Source: Candidatus Hydrogenedentota bacterium (GTDB taxonomy: Bacteria > Hydrogenedentota > Hydrogenedentia > Hydrogenedentales > SLHB01). Taken from it: a stretch of DNA of 64,000 bases. Made by a program: the position numbers and the translations under genes. Positions 20,910 through 30,615 of this stretch are shown here, piece after piece. The notes under the pieces were generated by a model. That model was not told where the DNA came from. It worked only from the letters and a program-made list of their open reading frames with translations, and did no database searches. How positions within the stretch are numbered: the first letter of the stretch is position 1; the number at the start of each line of letters is the position of its first letter. The stretch spans positions 128,001-192,000 of the forward strand of contig CAXXYE010000006.1 of assembly GCA_963674865.2 (NCBI GenBank), read 5' to 3'.

Positions 20910-21881
20910 ATGAGCGCGTTTAGACTCCGTATGGCGGGAGCCTTGGCTTTGCTCCTGCTCGTTCAAGGGGTGGCGCAGGCACAATGGGTTTGGACTCCCC
21001 AGACCCGTCGCTGGATCAACCTGAAGCGGCTTCCGAAAGAGACGGCTGAACTGCAAGTGGAGTACGCCCGGAGCCTGATGATCGAAGGCGACTACAGCAA
21101 GGCCCTCCATGAAACGGAGAAGTTCCAGCAGTTCTATGCCGATTCCCCCCAGGCCGATGAGAACCAATTTGTGCGCGGAGAGATCCTCTTGGCCCGTGCG
21201 AAGTACCTCGACGCGGCGAAGGAGTTCCAACAAGTAGTCGTCAACTTTCCCGACACGGACCTCTACGACGAAGTGATCGAAAAGCAGTACGAAATCGGCG
21301 ATCGCCTCTACGAACTCGGCCAGAAACGCTATGAAGCCAGGTGGCAGCCCTTCCGCCGGCGGCCTCTCAAGTACGCCGGAGAGGTCTATACCATGGTTAT
21401 CGACAACCAACCTTTCACTGACGAGGCCGCCGAAGCCCAGTACAAGATGGGCCTGTGTCATTTCACACGGGAGCAATACACGGAGGCCTTGTACGAATAC
21501 CGTCAGGTGGTCGAGAAGTACTCCTCTTCCGATTGGGTGGACGACGCGAGCTATGGCCTGATCCAGTGTCACTACAACTCAGCCCTTCCGCCCGACTATG
21601 ATCAGGTGCCGTCCCGGTTGGCGGTAAACGCCATCGATGACTTCAAGGCCAGCTTCCCGAGGGACGAGCGCCTCGATGGACTCGAGGAAAAGCGCCAGGA
21701 AATGGTTGAATCCATTGCCACGCAACGCCTCAAAACAGCCCAATTCTATGAGAAGCGGAGGGAGTTTCAGGCGGCCCGCATCTACTACGCCGTCGTCGTG
21801 GAGCAGTTCCCCGATACGGCGGCGGCGGAAGAGGCCCGCGCATGGCTCACCGATTCCGCTCATCAGGAAGCGGCGGGCTAA
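20910..21881 (+). CDS. bamD: Outer membrane protein assembly factor BamD-like TPR protein
   Basis: Signal peptide, TPR helices, PPDYDQ…AIDDF…FP, AQFYEKR…AARIYY…FPDT. Confidence 0.8.
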   Translation: MSAFRLRMAGALALLLLVQGVAQAQWVWTPQTRRWINLKRLPKETAELQVEYARSLMIEGDYSKALHETEKFQQFYADSPQADENQFVRGEILLARAKYLDAAKEFQQVVVNFPDTDLYDEVIEKQYEIGDRLYELGQKRYEARWQPFRRRPLKYAGEVYTMVIDNQPFTDEAAEAQYKMGLCHFTREQYTEALYEYRQVVEKYSSSDWVDDASYGLIQCHYNSALPPDYDQVPSRLAVNAIDDFKASFPRDERLDGLEEKRQEMVESIATQRLKTAQFYEKRREFQAARIYYAVVVEQFPDTAAAEEARAWLTDSAHQEAAG

Positions 21882-21888
21882 TCTGCCC

Positions 21889-22458
21889 ATGACAAGGAAC
21901 AGGGCAACCTCGCTTCTCCTGACGACAATCGCCGTGCTCGCTGCATCGGGGTGCGGGTATTCCACTCAGACCTCCCTGGACGAGAAATATCAAACCGTCT
22001 ATGTCTCGGCCTTCCGGAACGCAAGCCGAGAGTATGATCTACAGGCCCCGCTCACCAACGCAGTCATCAGGAAATTCATCGCCGACGGCCGCCTGACGGT
22101 GGTCGACCGGCCCAACGCGGACCTCCTGCTGGAAGGCGTCATCCTTGATTACAAGCTTAAGGGGCTTACCTTCGACGATAACGATGATGTCACGCAGTTC
22201 CTCTGCCTGGTGCTGGCCGGTGTCCGCGTAACCGACGCGGCCACCGGTGAAGCTCTCTGGGAAGATCCCCGTATGGTCGGTGAGACCACATTCTACACGC
22301 GTGCCTCGGGCCAATCCTCCGATCGGCTTCGAGGAAACGCGGAGACCTTCCTGCCCACCGTGCGCTCCTTCGCTTCCGAGGAAGAGAACCGCGGCGCCGC
22401 CGAGGCCCTCGAGCAACTGGCTTCGGACATCTTTTACCGAACCATCGAGCCTTGGTAA
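21889..22458 (+). CDS. lptE: LPS assembly lipoprotein LptE family
   Basis: Lipobox ASGC-GYS; VYVSAFRN…LTNAVIRKFI…ADLLLEG; lies between bamD and holA. Confidence 0.75.
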   Translation: MTRNRATSLLLTTIAVLAASGCGYSTQTSLDEKYQTVYVSAFRNASREYDLQAPLTNAVIRKFIADGRLTVVDRPNADLLLEGVILDYKLKGLTFDDNDDVTQFLCLVLAGVRVTDAATGEALWEDPRMVGETTFYTRASGQSSDRLRGNAETFLPTVRSFASEEENRGAAEALEQLASDIFYRTIEPW

Positions 22459-22462
22459 CGCC

Positions 22463-23485
22463 GTGAACGTTCATGAGTTCATGGCCGCCCAGGGGACGGC
22501 ATCGCCGGGATCTGTCTATCTCTTCTGCCCGGCCAAAACCCCCAAAGCCAAGATGGCCACGTTCGAGCCCTTTCTGGCCGAACGGGCTGTCGAGCGCTTT
22601 CTTCAAGCTCACCTCGACCCATCCGTACGCGATCTCGCGTATGCCGCCTATTACGCTGATGAAACGGAGCCCGCCGCCATCATGCTCGAGGCCCGCTCGG
22701 TTCCTTTCCTTGCGGAACGCCGGATCGTTCTTGTCCGCGGCGCCGAACGCTACAATGTGGAATCGACCGCAGGGCCGGTACTTACCTACCTCGAATCGCC
22801 CTGTGATACGACGAGTCTGCTCCTGATAGCCTCCCACATCGACAAGCGCACCAAATTCTACCGGGCGTGCCAAAAAGCAGCCGAGATCATCGAGTGTCCT
22901 GAAATGCGGGAATGGGAGGCCATCAAGTGGGTGCGCTCCGAGGCGACGGCCCGAGGCAAGAGCATTCCTGAAGACGCGGCGCACGAACTGGTGGTGCGCG
23001 CCGGCACCCACCTTAGCGATGTGGATAACGCCCTCACCGTGGTATGCAATTACGTCGGCGATGCACGCGCTGTCACGACGGAAGACGTGGTTTCAGCGTG
23101 CGCGGACGTAGCCGAGGAGGAGGTCTGGGCGTTGACGGACACCATCGCGGCCTCCGACACCCCCGGAGCCCTGCGCGCTTTGGCCCGGCTCGTGGCTCTT
23201 GGCAAACGCGAGGACGAGTTGATGGGCATCATCAACTGGTTGCTGAAGAGCGCCTACGCCGTAGCCGCCGCCGGTGCGCGCGAACCAAAGATCAGTCCTT
23301 TCGTCGCCCGAAAAGTCACCCCTCTCGCACGGAAACTCGGCCCCGACGGCATACGCAACGCCTTCGCGCTTTGCACAGACGCTCACTTTATGATGCGCAC
23401 CACAGGGGTCGACGCTGCGCTTGCCCTTGAACTCCTCGTGGTCAAGCTGGCAAGCGAACTACTGCAACCTACCGCTTGCCGTTGA
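22463..23485 (+). CDS. holA: DNA polymerase III subunit delta
   Basis: PFLAERRIVLV, DKRTKFY, VWALTD, D…RTTG…LELLVVKL; GTG start just after lptE. Confidence 0.85.
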   Translation: MNVHEFMAAQGTASPGSVYLFCPAKTPKAKMATFEPFLAERAVERFLQAHLDPSVRDLAYAAYYADETEPAAIMLEARSVPFLAERRIVLVRGAERYNVESTAGPVLTYLESPCDTTSLLLIASHIDKRTKFYRACQKAAEIIECPEMREWEAIKWVRSEATARGKSIPEDAAHELVVRAGTHLSDVDNALTVVCNYVGDARAVTTEDVVSACADVAEEEVWALTDTIAASDTPGALRALARLVALGKREDELMGIINWLLKSAYAVAAAGAREPKISPFVARKVTPLARKLGPDGIRNAFALCTDAHFMMRTTGVDAALALELLVVKLASELLQPTACR

Positions 23486-23499
23486 ACCGCACAAGACAC

Positions 23500-24882
23500 T
23501 CAAGGCGTCGCGCGCAGGAAGTAAACCGCCTTCTTGGCGCGAAGCGCGAGACTCGTTCGCCCGGAGCCGTCGATGTCTGCGCTAAAGGCAATCCCCTCAA
23601 CCGGTTCGGGAAACGTTCGGGCAAAGGCGGATGCCTTTCCCCATCCGTCCTCGTAAAGCCAGATCGAGTAGCTGTTCTCTGATGTGCTGCATCCGAAGTC
23701 CGTCTTCCCGTCTCCGTTGAAGTCCGCAAAGAGGGCGTTTCGCAATGGCGCGCCGTGCACCAAAGACACGAACCAGGACACGGGCGCCTGGAAGGAAATC
23801 TCGCCGCTGGGGACAGGTTCGTAGCGGTTCTTCTGCGGCGCGAACAGATGGGTCGTGACAAATACCGGCCACGTGCCCGCCGTAATCGTCCGGGCCAAGG
23901 CGTCGACGGAGAGTCCCGGCGCGGGAGCCCGCCACAAGACAATATCTGTGTAGCCGTCCCCGTTGAAGTCGGGCATGCTCCTACAGGCAAGCACGAGAAC
24001 ACTGCCGGGATAGCGCCGCACAGGCCCAATCTTGCCCGCCAAGGCGTCTCCATCGCTCTGCCGCGACGTCAGTTCCTGAATACGCACGATAGTGGCTGGC
24101 TGTTTGGACGCATCCAACGCGTACCGCGCTCGCCTGGACGGATCCCCGTCTATGGTAAGAGGAAACCACGGCCAAGCCCGTGGCGACTGTTGGGACGCGT
24201 CGCGGACTCGGGTCGCCGGCACACTCCACGGCGCCGGGTCTTGTTTCGCAGCGGCGAATCCGGGCACGCCGTCGGCTGCCGGCCTGATCACGCTCGACAC
24301 CAGGATATCAAGCGATTGTGCCGGGCCGCGCCCCAGGCTCCCTTCCGAACAGGCGCGAAATGACCGCTCGTAGGACGCCGGTTGTAATGACACCTGACGA
24401 TAGGCCACCGTCTCGACGAGAGTCCCATCCATCCGGCGGAGTTCGAGCGCCCGTTCACAGGGCACCGCGAGCAGATGCTCGCCCTCGTGTTCAACCACCA
24501 GCACATGTGGAAAGGGACAACGAGTTGTCTCCGCGAGCAAGTTCTTGCGCTTAAAAAGCTCACGCCATGTCCGTTGTTCCGGATTAACCGAAGGAACACA
24601 GGAAGTGAACCGTTCCCCGACAACCGCCACTACCTCCGGTGCTCCATCTTCATCGAGGTCCGTCACGTCGACGGCGGACACCCCCTCAGGAAGAGGGACG
24701 GATACAGCCCCCGCCTCGCCGCCCGTAAAGGCCGTCAATGCTTGTGCATTGAGGAGACAGAGATCGGCCGTCCCGTCCCCATCGACCTCGGCAAGAAAGA
24801 CATGGGTCTCGGGATTGTCCAGCGGAGCAGGAGCTACCTCGAACAGCGCAGCAAGGCATAGGCTCAACAGTGCAGCCGCCAT
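23500..24882 (-). CDS. Secreted FG-GAP/VCBS repeat protein
   Basis: Signal peptide; DGDGTADL, DLDEDGAPEV, DFNGDGYTDI, DFNGDGKTDF, DIDGSGRTSL; TGATG overlap with the upstream gene. Confidence 0.8.
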   Translation of the reverse strand: MAAALLSLCLAALFEVAPAPLDNPETHVFLAEVDGDGTADLCLLNAQALTAFTGGEAGAVSVPLPEGVSAVDVTDLDEDGAPEVVAVVGERFTSCVPSVNPEQRTWRELFKRKNLLAETTRCPFPHVLVVEHEGEHLLAVPCERALELRRMDGTLVETVAYRQVSLQPASYERSFRACSEGSLGRGPAQSLDILVSSVIRPAADGVPGFAAAKQDPAPWSVPATRVRDASQQSPRAWPWFPLTIDGDPSRRARYALDASKQPATIVRIQELTSRQSDGDALAGKIGPVRRYPGSVLVLACRSMPDFNGDGYTDIVLWRAPAPGLSVDALARTITAGTWPVFVTTHLFAPQKNRYEPVPSGEISFQAPVSWFVSLVHGAPLRNALFADFNGDGKTDFGCSTSENSYSIWLYEDGWGKASAFARTFPEPVEGIAFSADIDGSGRTSLALRAKKAVYFLRATP

Positions 24883-26387
24883 CACGGCGTCTCCTCGTGC
24901 GAGAAGTAGATGCGGGCCCGGCGCACCCATGGATTACGGCTCGGGACCGCCCGGCGTTCGAGTCGCGTCAGCACAATGTCACTCCGGCCATCCGCATTGA
25001 CATCGAACACCTCAAACCACCACGGCCACTTTATGGGAATCGCCGCATCCGGTTTCGACTGGATGCGCCGTCCATCGCTGAGATACACGGCCACTCGGTT
25101 CGGGCGGTCCTGCACCACAACATCATTCCACCCGTCGCCATTGATGTCCCCTGAAATATCGAGCAGCCCGCCCTCGCAATAATGCCGGAACATTGCCCCT
25201 TGGTTGAAGGGTGGTTGGCCAAATCGGATCTCGACGGACGCGTCCATTGCCGGTTTCGTTACGAACCGCCCTTGTGCGTCCTGCAAATGCACCTGCACAC
25301 CGTGTCGGACAACCTTTCCCGTCAGAAACCTCTCCACGCACTCGCGAAGCCCCCCGTGAAATAGGCCCGTTGACTCTGTAACAAGATCCAAGTCGCCGTC
25401 CCCATCGTAATCGACGAACCGCCTTTGAGGAGCAAAGCCCAGGACTCGGAATCGCTGGTACGTCTCGCCCCCATCGGTAACCGCGCATGTTTCATAGATG
25501 CGAGGTGAGAAGATGGGGCCCATACCGGATTCTTCCTGGGCGCCGGCGTAGTCCACGATACCGTCTCTGTTCAGTTGGCACGGCGTCATGTACTGTGGAA
25601 GCCACTCCGAGAAGGACGTTGACGCGTTCTTGAGGTCCCAATCGGACTCATCACGCCCGGCGATCTCATAGACGCTGCTGCTGTATCGGATCCTGTCTTC
25701 ACGTTTTCCGGCGTCGGCTACAACCGTCAGGAGCGACCCGTCTAGGAAGAGACGGCAGGACATGAACCGAGCAGGAATGATGACGCCGCGGGCGGATGAC
25801 GGCCACAGCGCTTGGGTGGGTGTCGCGACGGATGCCGCCGCAGGGAAGACATCCAGCCGGGCCTGATCCGCATATTTCCCGTTCGCAAGGCCGAAGATAT
25901 GCAATCCTCTCGTGCCGGGTATCACAAGTTCCGGCACATCGTCCGCATCGATGTCGTGAAGAAAACGATCGAACCACAATTCCGGCTCATGGGGCTGCGA
26001 TGACAACGACTCAAGCTCGCCTTCGTCGGGAGGCCAGTGGACCTCCTGCTCGGCCACCGTTTGCCAATCGTCCTGCTCCCAGCGAATCACCTCAAGCCGC
26101 CCCGGATGGCGCAAATACAGGTTTCGTCCCCACACATCGCAACACCGCCCCCGGCTGCATTTCGGCAGGGCCACGCGGGCGTTCTCCGGAAAGGTCCCCT
26201 CGCGTTGAAAGGCGATCCCCTGCGGCAGAATCAGGTCCTGCAAACCGTCTCCATCCACATCCGCGTGGCGAAATCCGAGGATTGGCGTGCCCACAGGCGG
26301 AATGGGTGCGCTAAGATAGAGTCCATCTATATCCTGCTCGACGAACACGAGGGCGCCGAGAAGCGCACTGAGCAGGGCCGGGATCAT
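24882..26387 (-). CDS. Secreted FG-GAP/VCBS repeat protein
   Basis: DVDGDGLQDL, DIDADDVPEL, DYDGDGDLDL, DINGDGWNDV, DVNADGRSDI; ATGA overlap with the permease. Confidence 0.8.
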   Translation of the reverse strand: MIPALLSALLGALVFVEQDIDGLYLSAPIPPVGTPILGFRHADVDGDGLQDLILPQGIAFQREGTFPENARVALPKCSRGRCCDVWGRNLYLRHPGRLEVIRWEQDDWQTVAEQEVHWPPDEGELESLSSQPHEPELWFDRFLHDIDADDVPELVIPGTRGLHIFGLANGKYADQARLDVFPAAASVATPTQALWPSSARGVIIPARFMSCRLFLDGSLLTVVADAGKREDRIRYSSSVYEIAGRDESDWDLKNASTSFSEWLPQYMTPCQLNRDGIVDYAGAQEESGMGPIFSPRIYETCAVTDGGETYQRFRVLGFAPQRRFVDYDGDGDLDLVTESTGLFHGGLRECVERFLTGKVVRHGVQVHLQDAQGRFVTKPAMDASVEIRFGQPPFNQGAMFRHYCEGGLLDISGDINGDGWNDVVVQDRPNRVAVYLSDGRRIQSKPDAAIPIKWPWWFEVFDVNADGRSDIVLTRLERRAVPSRNPWVRRARIYFSHEETP

Positions 26388-27175
26388 GTGTTGAGGTTCC
26401 GGCGGGAGAGCGCGTACATGGCAATGGCGGCGAAGATGACAAACGACACGGTCGAGGTCAGGAGGCAATAGCCTATATCGGGAAGCCACTGCCCCTCCAG
26501 CGCATCGACCTGGCGCTGGAATACTTGCCAGGGAGTCTCAAGGTAGGTAGAAAAGAGGTAGGGCGCGGCGCGCAGTGGGTATTTCAAGGTGTCTGAGACA
26601 ACCCAAAGACTCATTGCCCCCCCCACGGCAGCTCCCGTGTTACGTGTCAGGCTTGAGAGCATCACCGCAAAGGCCACTGCCGCAAATTGCGGCGCCAGCG
26701 CCGCTGCCGCACCCGCCAGGTAGGTCAGCATCATCCGGCTTGCCGTGAAAACCACCTCGCCGCCATAAGCCACCCCCGCCAGATCGCCGAGGGCAAACGC
26801 GATGGCCCAGGTGGCCGCAGCAGCGGACGCCGTCAGAACCACGGCATACGTCATCCCCAGCAGGAGCTTCGCGGCGAGAAACTCGTAACGCCGCAGCGGA
26901 CGTACCAGCAACGTTCGGATGGTACCGCTAGCCAGCTCGTTCGAGACAAGCGAAGCGCAATAGGCCAACAGCAGGATCAATCCCACAAGGTTGAGGGCAA
27001 CGGGCGTCGTATAGGCAATAAACGCGTAGTCACTCACGCCGTCCCGCTCAAAGCGCTGAAGCAGCGGCATAGCGGCCACCGTCAGGACCACGAGGGCCGG
27101 GCCGAGGTAAGTGAATTTCAAGCGGATCGCCTTTAACACTTCCAGCTTGTATGCAATCCATACGCGGACTATCAC
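26384..27175 (-). CDS. ABC-2 type transporter permease
   Basis: ELASGTIRTLLVRPLRR…AKLL motif; about 6 TM helices. Confidence 0.88.
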   Translation of the reverse strand: MIVRVWIAYKLEVLKAIRLKFTYLGPALVVLTVAAMPLLQRFERDGVSDYAFIAYTTPVALNLVGLILLLAYCASLVSNELASGTIRTLLVRPLRRYEFLAAKLLLGMTYAVVLTASAAAATWAIAFALGDLAGVAYGGEVVFTASRMMLTYLAGAAAALAPQFAAVAFAVMLSSLTRNTGAAVGGAMSLWVVSDTLKYPLRAAPYLFSTYLETPWQVFQRQVDALEGQWLPDIGYCLLTSTVSFVIFAAIAMYALSRRNLNT

Positions 27176-28071
27176 GAGTTAAGTGCTTTCAGAAAATAGT
27201 CTTGCAGCGTTCGGCGCCGGGGGATCACGCCGGACACTTTGAAGCCGGAGCTAACCAGAAACGCGGTGAGTTGGTGAACGTTCTCGTCGTGCAGACGCAC
27301 CTCCAAGCGGCCCGGCTTGGCCTCAACGGACTCGACCCACGCCATGTCGCGCAGGCGCCCCGCAGCCCCTTCAGGCGCGTCCACAAGGACTTCGACCCGC
27401 TTCAGGTCGTAGGACAATAAGGTGTCGGTGCGGTCGCAAGTCACAAGGCGGCCTTGGTTCAGAACGGCGACGCGATCGCACAATTGCTCCACCTCGTGCA
27501 TCATATGGCTCGACATAATGATCGTCACCTTGGCCTCGTCCGCGAGGCAGCGCAACAAGCGCAGAACCTCCTGTGTGGCTTCCGCGTCGAGGCCGTTGGC
27601 CGGCTCGTCGAGAATAAGCAACTCCGGTTCGGTAAGCAGCGCCTGCGCCAATCCCAGACGCTGTCGCATTCCAAGGCTGAATGTGCCGACCTTCTTGTGT
27701 CGCACATCAAGCAGGCCCACCAAGTCCAGGATGCGATCCACCGTCACCTCCCGGCGTGCCAGCCTTGCCAACAAGAGGAGGTTTCGCCGGGCGGACAGGT
27801 AGTCGTAGAAACTGGGCCGCTCCATAAGCACGCCCATGCGCGATGCGATGGCCATGAAGTCTTTGCGAAGATCTCTTCCGAAAACGCTTATCGAGCCGCT
27901 CGTAAGCGGTACCAGCCCCGAGAGAATCGACAAGGTGGTGCTCTTGCCGGCTCCATTCGGGCCCAGTAAGCCAAAGACCTCCCCTGCTTCGATGTCGAGT
28001 GAGAGCCCCCCCACGGCCACGGTGGCGCCATAGCACTTGGTCAGTTTCGCGATCTTGATGCAGTGGCCCAT
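27172..28071 (-). CDS. ABC transporter ATP-binding protein (BcrA/CcmA-like)
   Basis: GPNGAGKST, FSLGMRQRL, LILDEPANGLD, SSH; alternative GTG start at 28146. Confidence 0.92.
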   Translation of the reverse strand: MGHCIKIAKLTKCYGATVAVGGLSLDIEAGEVFGLLGPNGAGKSTTLSILSGLVPLTSGSISVFGRDLRKDFMAIASRMGVLMERPSFYDYLSARRNLLLLARLARREVTVDRILDLVGLLDVRHKKVGTFSLGMRQRLGLAQALLTEPELLILDEPANGLDAEATQEVLRLLRCLADEAKVTIIMSSHMMHEVEQLCDRVAVLNQGRLVTCDRTDTLLSYDLKRVEVLVDAPEGAAGRLRDMAWVESVEAKPGRLEVRLHDENVHQLTAFLVSSGFKVSGVIPRRRTLQDYFLKALNS

Positions 28072-28135
28072 GTCCGGGGATCGTAGCCCGGCGCTCCCGC
28101 AAGATGCAAGCCACGCGCCGAGCGTGGCCGTCGAG

Positions 28136-29842
28136 TCACTCGTCACCCGCCATGCGAAAGTCCTTCAGAACCAACTGGATTGTTGTTTCATCGCGCCAGG
28201 TGTTGAAACGAGGGCTGAAGGCAACGTCTAGAAAGGCCTCTTCGCGGTAGAAAGGGAAGCTTTCGGCCATCTTGAATCCTATCGCGTTCATGGCCTGCCC
28301 GCCCTGGCGCACGGAGAAGCGCACGTGGCCTCCGCGCAACTCGCGCGCCGAGCGCGGCATAACGGCCACTCCGAGAGTGCAGAATACGGGGCCGGGATTC
28401 CCGCTGCCGAAGGGCTCGAGGAGGTCAAGCGACTTCATAAGGCGTCCGTCGATCTCGCTCAGTGAGATAAGCGCGTCAATCGATAGAGAGGGCGCGGGCA
28501 ATCCCTCGGGCAGCTGTTGGACAGCGGCCGACTCAAACGCCGCAGCGAACGCATCGACGTCCTCCGCTGCCAAAGCCAATCCACCAGCAGCGCGGTGGCC
28601 TCCGAAGCGCCTCAGGTGTTCTTTCGCGGATGTAAGCGCCGCCATCACATCAAAGCCCGGAATTCCCCGAACCGATCCGCGTCCTTCGCCTTGTGCGTCA
28701 ATAGCGATCAATCCCACCGGCCGGTTGTAGCCGCTTTGCAGCCGTGACGCCACCACGCCCAGCACGCCCGGATGCCAGTCTTCCCTCGCAAGCACAATGG
28801 TCCGCTGCGCCGCGTCGAGCGTAGCGTCTATCCGCTCCCTCGCCTCGTCAAGAATCCCTTGCTCGACGACACGGCGCTCCTCGTTCGCGCTATTGAGTTC
28901 GCGCGCGATCTCGTTGGCCTCGGCGGGCGACTCCGTGAGAAGCAGACGCACACCTTTCGCCGCGTCCCCCATACGGCCACCGGCATTGATCCGAGGCCCT
29001 AACTGAAATGCGATGTTTTCCGATGTCACCTCGTCCAGGCGAATGCCAGCCGCCTGTGCCAGCGCCACCAAACCCACCCGGCGCCGCGACGCCATGTACT
29101 TCAGCCCCGCCGCGACTAGGTCGCGGTTCTCTCCCTGCAGGGGGACAATGTCCGCCACCGTTCCCAAGGCCGCCAGATCCAGGTCTTCAACTTCGCCCGT
29201 TAAGGCACAGGCCAGTTTGAAAGCGACTGCCGCGCCGGATACATTCAATCCCGCATATGTATCATCATGACGTTTGGGATTCAGAACAGCATGCGCTTCA
29301 GGCAGACTGCCTTCAATAGCGTGGTGGTCCGTCACAATCAAGTCGACGCCGTATTCCCGCGCAGCGGCAGCGGCCTCATGCGAGCTGATCCCATTGTCCA
29401 CAGTGATGATCAGTCCAACGCCGGTTTGCGCCGCCTGCTGCACATGCGACGCGTGCAGGCCATAGCCTTCGACAAGGCGATTGGGCAAGGCGTAGGAACT
29501 GCCCGTCAGGCCGAATCGGGACAGGGCGTTCATCATAATGGCCGTCCCGGCAATCCCATCGACGTCGTAGTCCCCAAACACCAGGACTTGTTCTCCGCGC
29601 TCGCGAGCGAGGCGGATTCGCTCCACGGCCCGCCCCATATCTTCAAGTTGCCGTGGATCGCTTAGATGAGATAGGGAAGGTGCTAGAAACCGGCGGGCAT
29701 CCGGCAGGGACTCTACGCCCCGTTGAAGCAGTAGGTGGGCAACGATATGCGGCACATCGAGCGCGCGGGACCACGCTGTTGTCTTCGCGCGGTCCTCTTC
29801 GGCGATCTGCCAGTTAGTCTTCCCGTTAAAGGCCCTCACCAT
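28136..29842 (-). CDS. recJ: Single-stranded-DNA-specific exonuclease RecJ
   Basis: GDYDVDG, EGYG, ITVDNG, TDHH, GTVADIVPL…ENR, GPRINAGGR, GGHRAAGG. Confidence 0.96.
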   Translation of the reverse strand: MVRAFNGKTNWQIAEEDRAKTTAWSRALDVPHIVAHLLLQRGVESLPDARRFLAPSLSHLSDPRQLEDMGRAVERIRLARERGEQVLVFGDYDVDGIAGTAIMMNALSRFGLTGSSYALPNRLVEGYGLHASHVQQAAQTGVGLIITVDNGISSHEAAAAAREYGVDLIVTDHHAIEGSLPEAHAVLNPKRHDDTYAGLNVSGAAVAFKLACALTGEVEDLDLAALGTVADIVPLQGENRDLVAAGLKYMASRRRVGLVALAQAAGIRLDEVTSENIAFQLGPRINAGGRMGDAAKGVRLLLTESPAEANEIARELNSANEERRVVEQGILDEARERIDATLDAAQRTIVLAREDWHPGVLGVVASRLQSGYNRPVGLIAIDAQGEGRGSVRGIPGFDVMAALTSAKEHLRRFGGHRAAGGLALAAEDVDAFAAAFESAAVQQLPEGLPAPSLSIDALISLSEIDGRLMKSLDLLEPFGSGNPGPVFCTLGVAVMPRSARELRGGHVRFSVRQGGQAMNAIGFKMAESFPFYREEAFLDVAFSPRFNTWRDETTIQLVLKDFRMAGDE

Positions 29843-30510
29843 TTTGCCCGCACCAATCCGGCAATATGATCCACAACTTCGTCCAGTGTCATGGCTGTCG
29901 TATCCACAAGCATAGCGTCCTTCGCCCTTATCAGCGGAGCCACTTCACGGTTTCGGTTTTTCTCATCCCGCTCATGAATTTCCGCGCGAAGGGTGGCCAC
30001 GTCGACGCTTCGCCCAGCGGCGGCCAGGTCCACTGCACGGCGGCGGGTGCGCTCATCGAGACTGGCGTCGAGAAAGAACTTGCACTTGGCCTTGGGAAAC
30101 ACCACGGTTCCCATGTCTCTTCCCTCAGCCACCGTCGGCCCGAGGGCGCCAAACGCTTGTTGCAGCGCCACAAGGTGCGCTCGCACGGCCCGGTTCTGGT
30201 CCAGCCGGTAGATCTCGCGAGTTACCTCGGGCGTTCGAATGGCCTGACTCACGTCCCGCCCGTCCACCATAGCCCGCTGGACTCCCTCCTCGTCCTTTAG
30301 CTCGAGCGGCATGCTCTGCGTCGCCTGCGCTACGGCCAAGGCATCGTCCAGGTCGATGTCCTGGTCAAGAGCCCACCAGGTCGCAGCACGGTACATGGCC
30401 CCGGTATCAAGAAACCGGAATCCCAAGCGTTCCGCCAGTCGCCTCGCCACCGTGCTCTTGCCGGCACCCGCCGGCCCATCGATGGCCACAACTTCGGTAA
30501 TGTCTTTCAT
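29836..30510 (-). CDS. cmk: Cytidylate kinase
   Basis: IDGPAGAGKST, LDTGAMYRA, EGRDMGTVVFP. Confidence 0.96.
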   Translation of the reverse strand: MKDITEVVAIDGPAGAGKSTVARRLAERLGFRFLDTGAMYRAATWWALDQDIDLDDALAVAQATQSMPLELKDEEGVQRAMVDGRDVSQAIRTPEVTREIYRLDQNRAVRAHLVALQQAFGALGPTVAEGRDMGTVVFPKAKCKFFLDASLDERTRRRAVDLAAAGRSVDVATLRAEIHERDEKNRNREVAPLIRAKDAMLVDTTAMTLDEVVDHIAGLVRAKW

Positions 30511-30615
30511 GTCTTCCTCTCACATTGCCCCGAGGATCCGTCGACGGCGTTACTTGTGGGTGGCCGGGAGAATCGCTTCAACAGACGCGCAGCACCGCGG
30601 ATCGTACCAGCCTCG

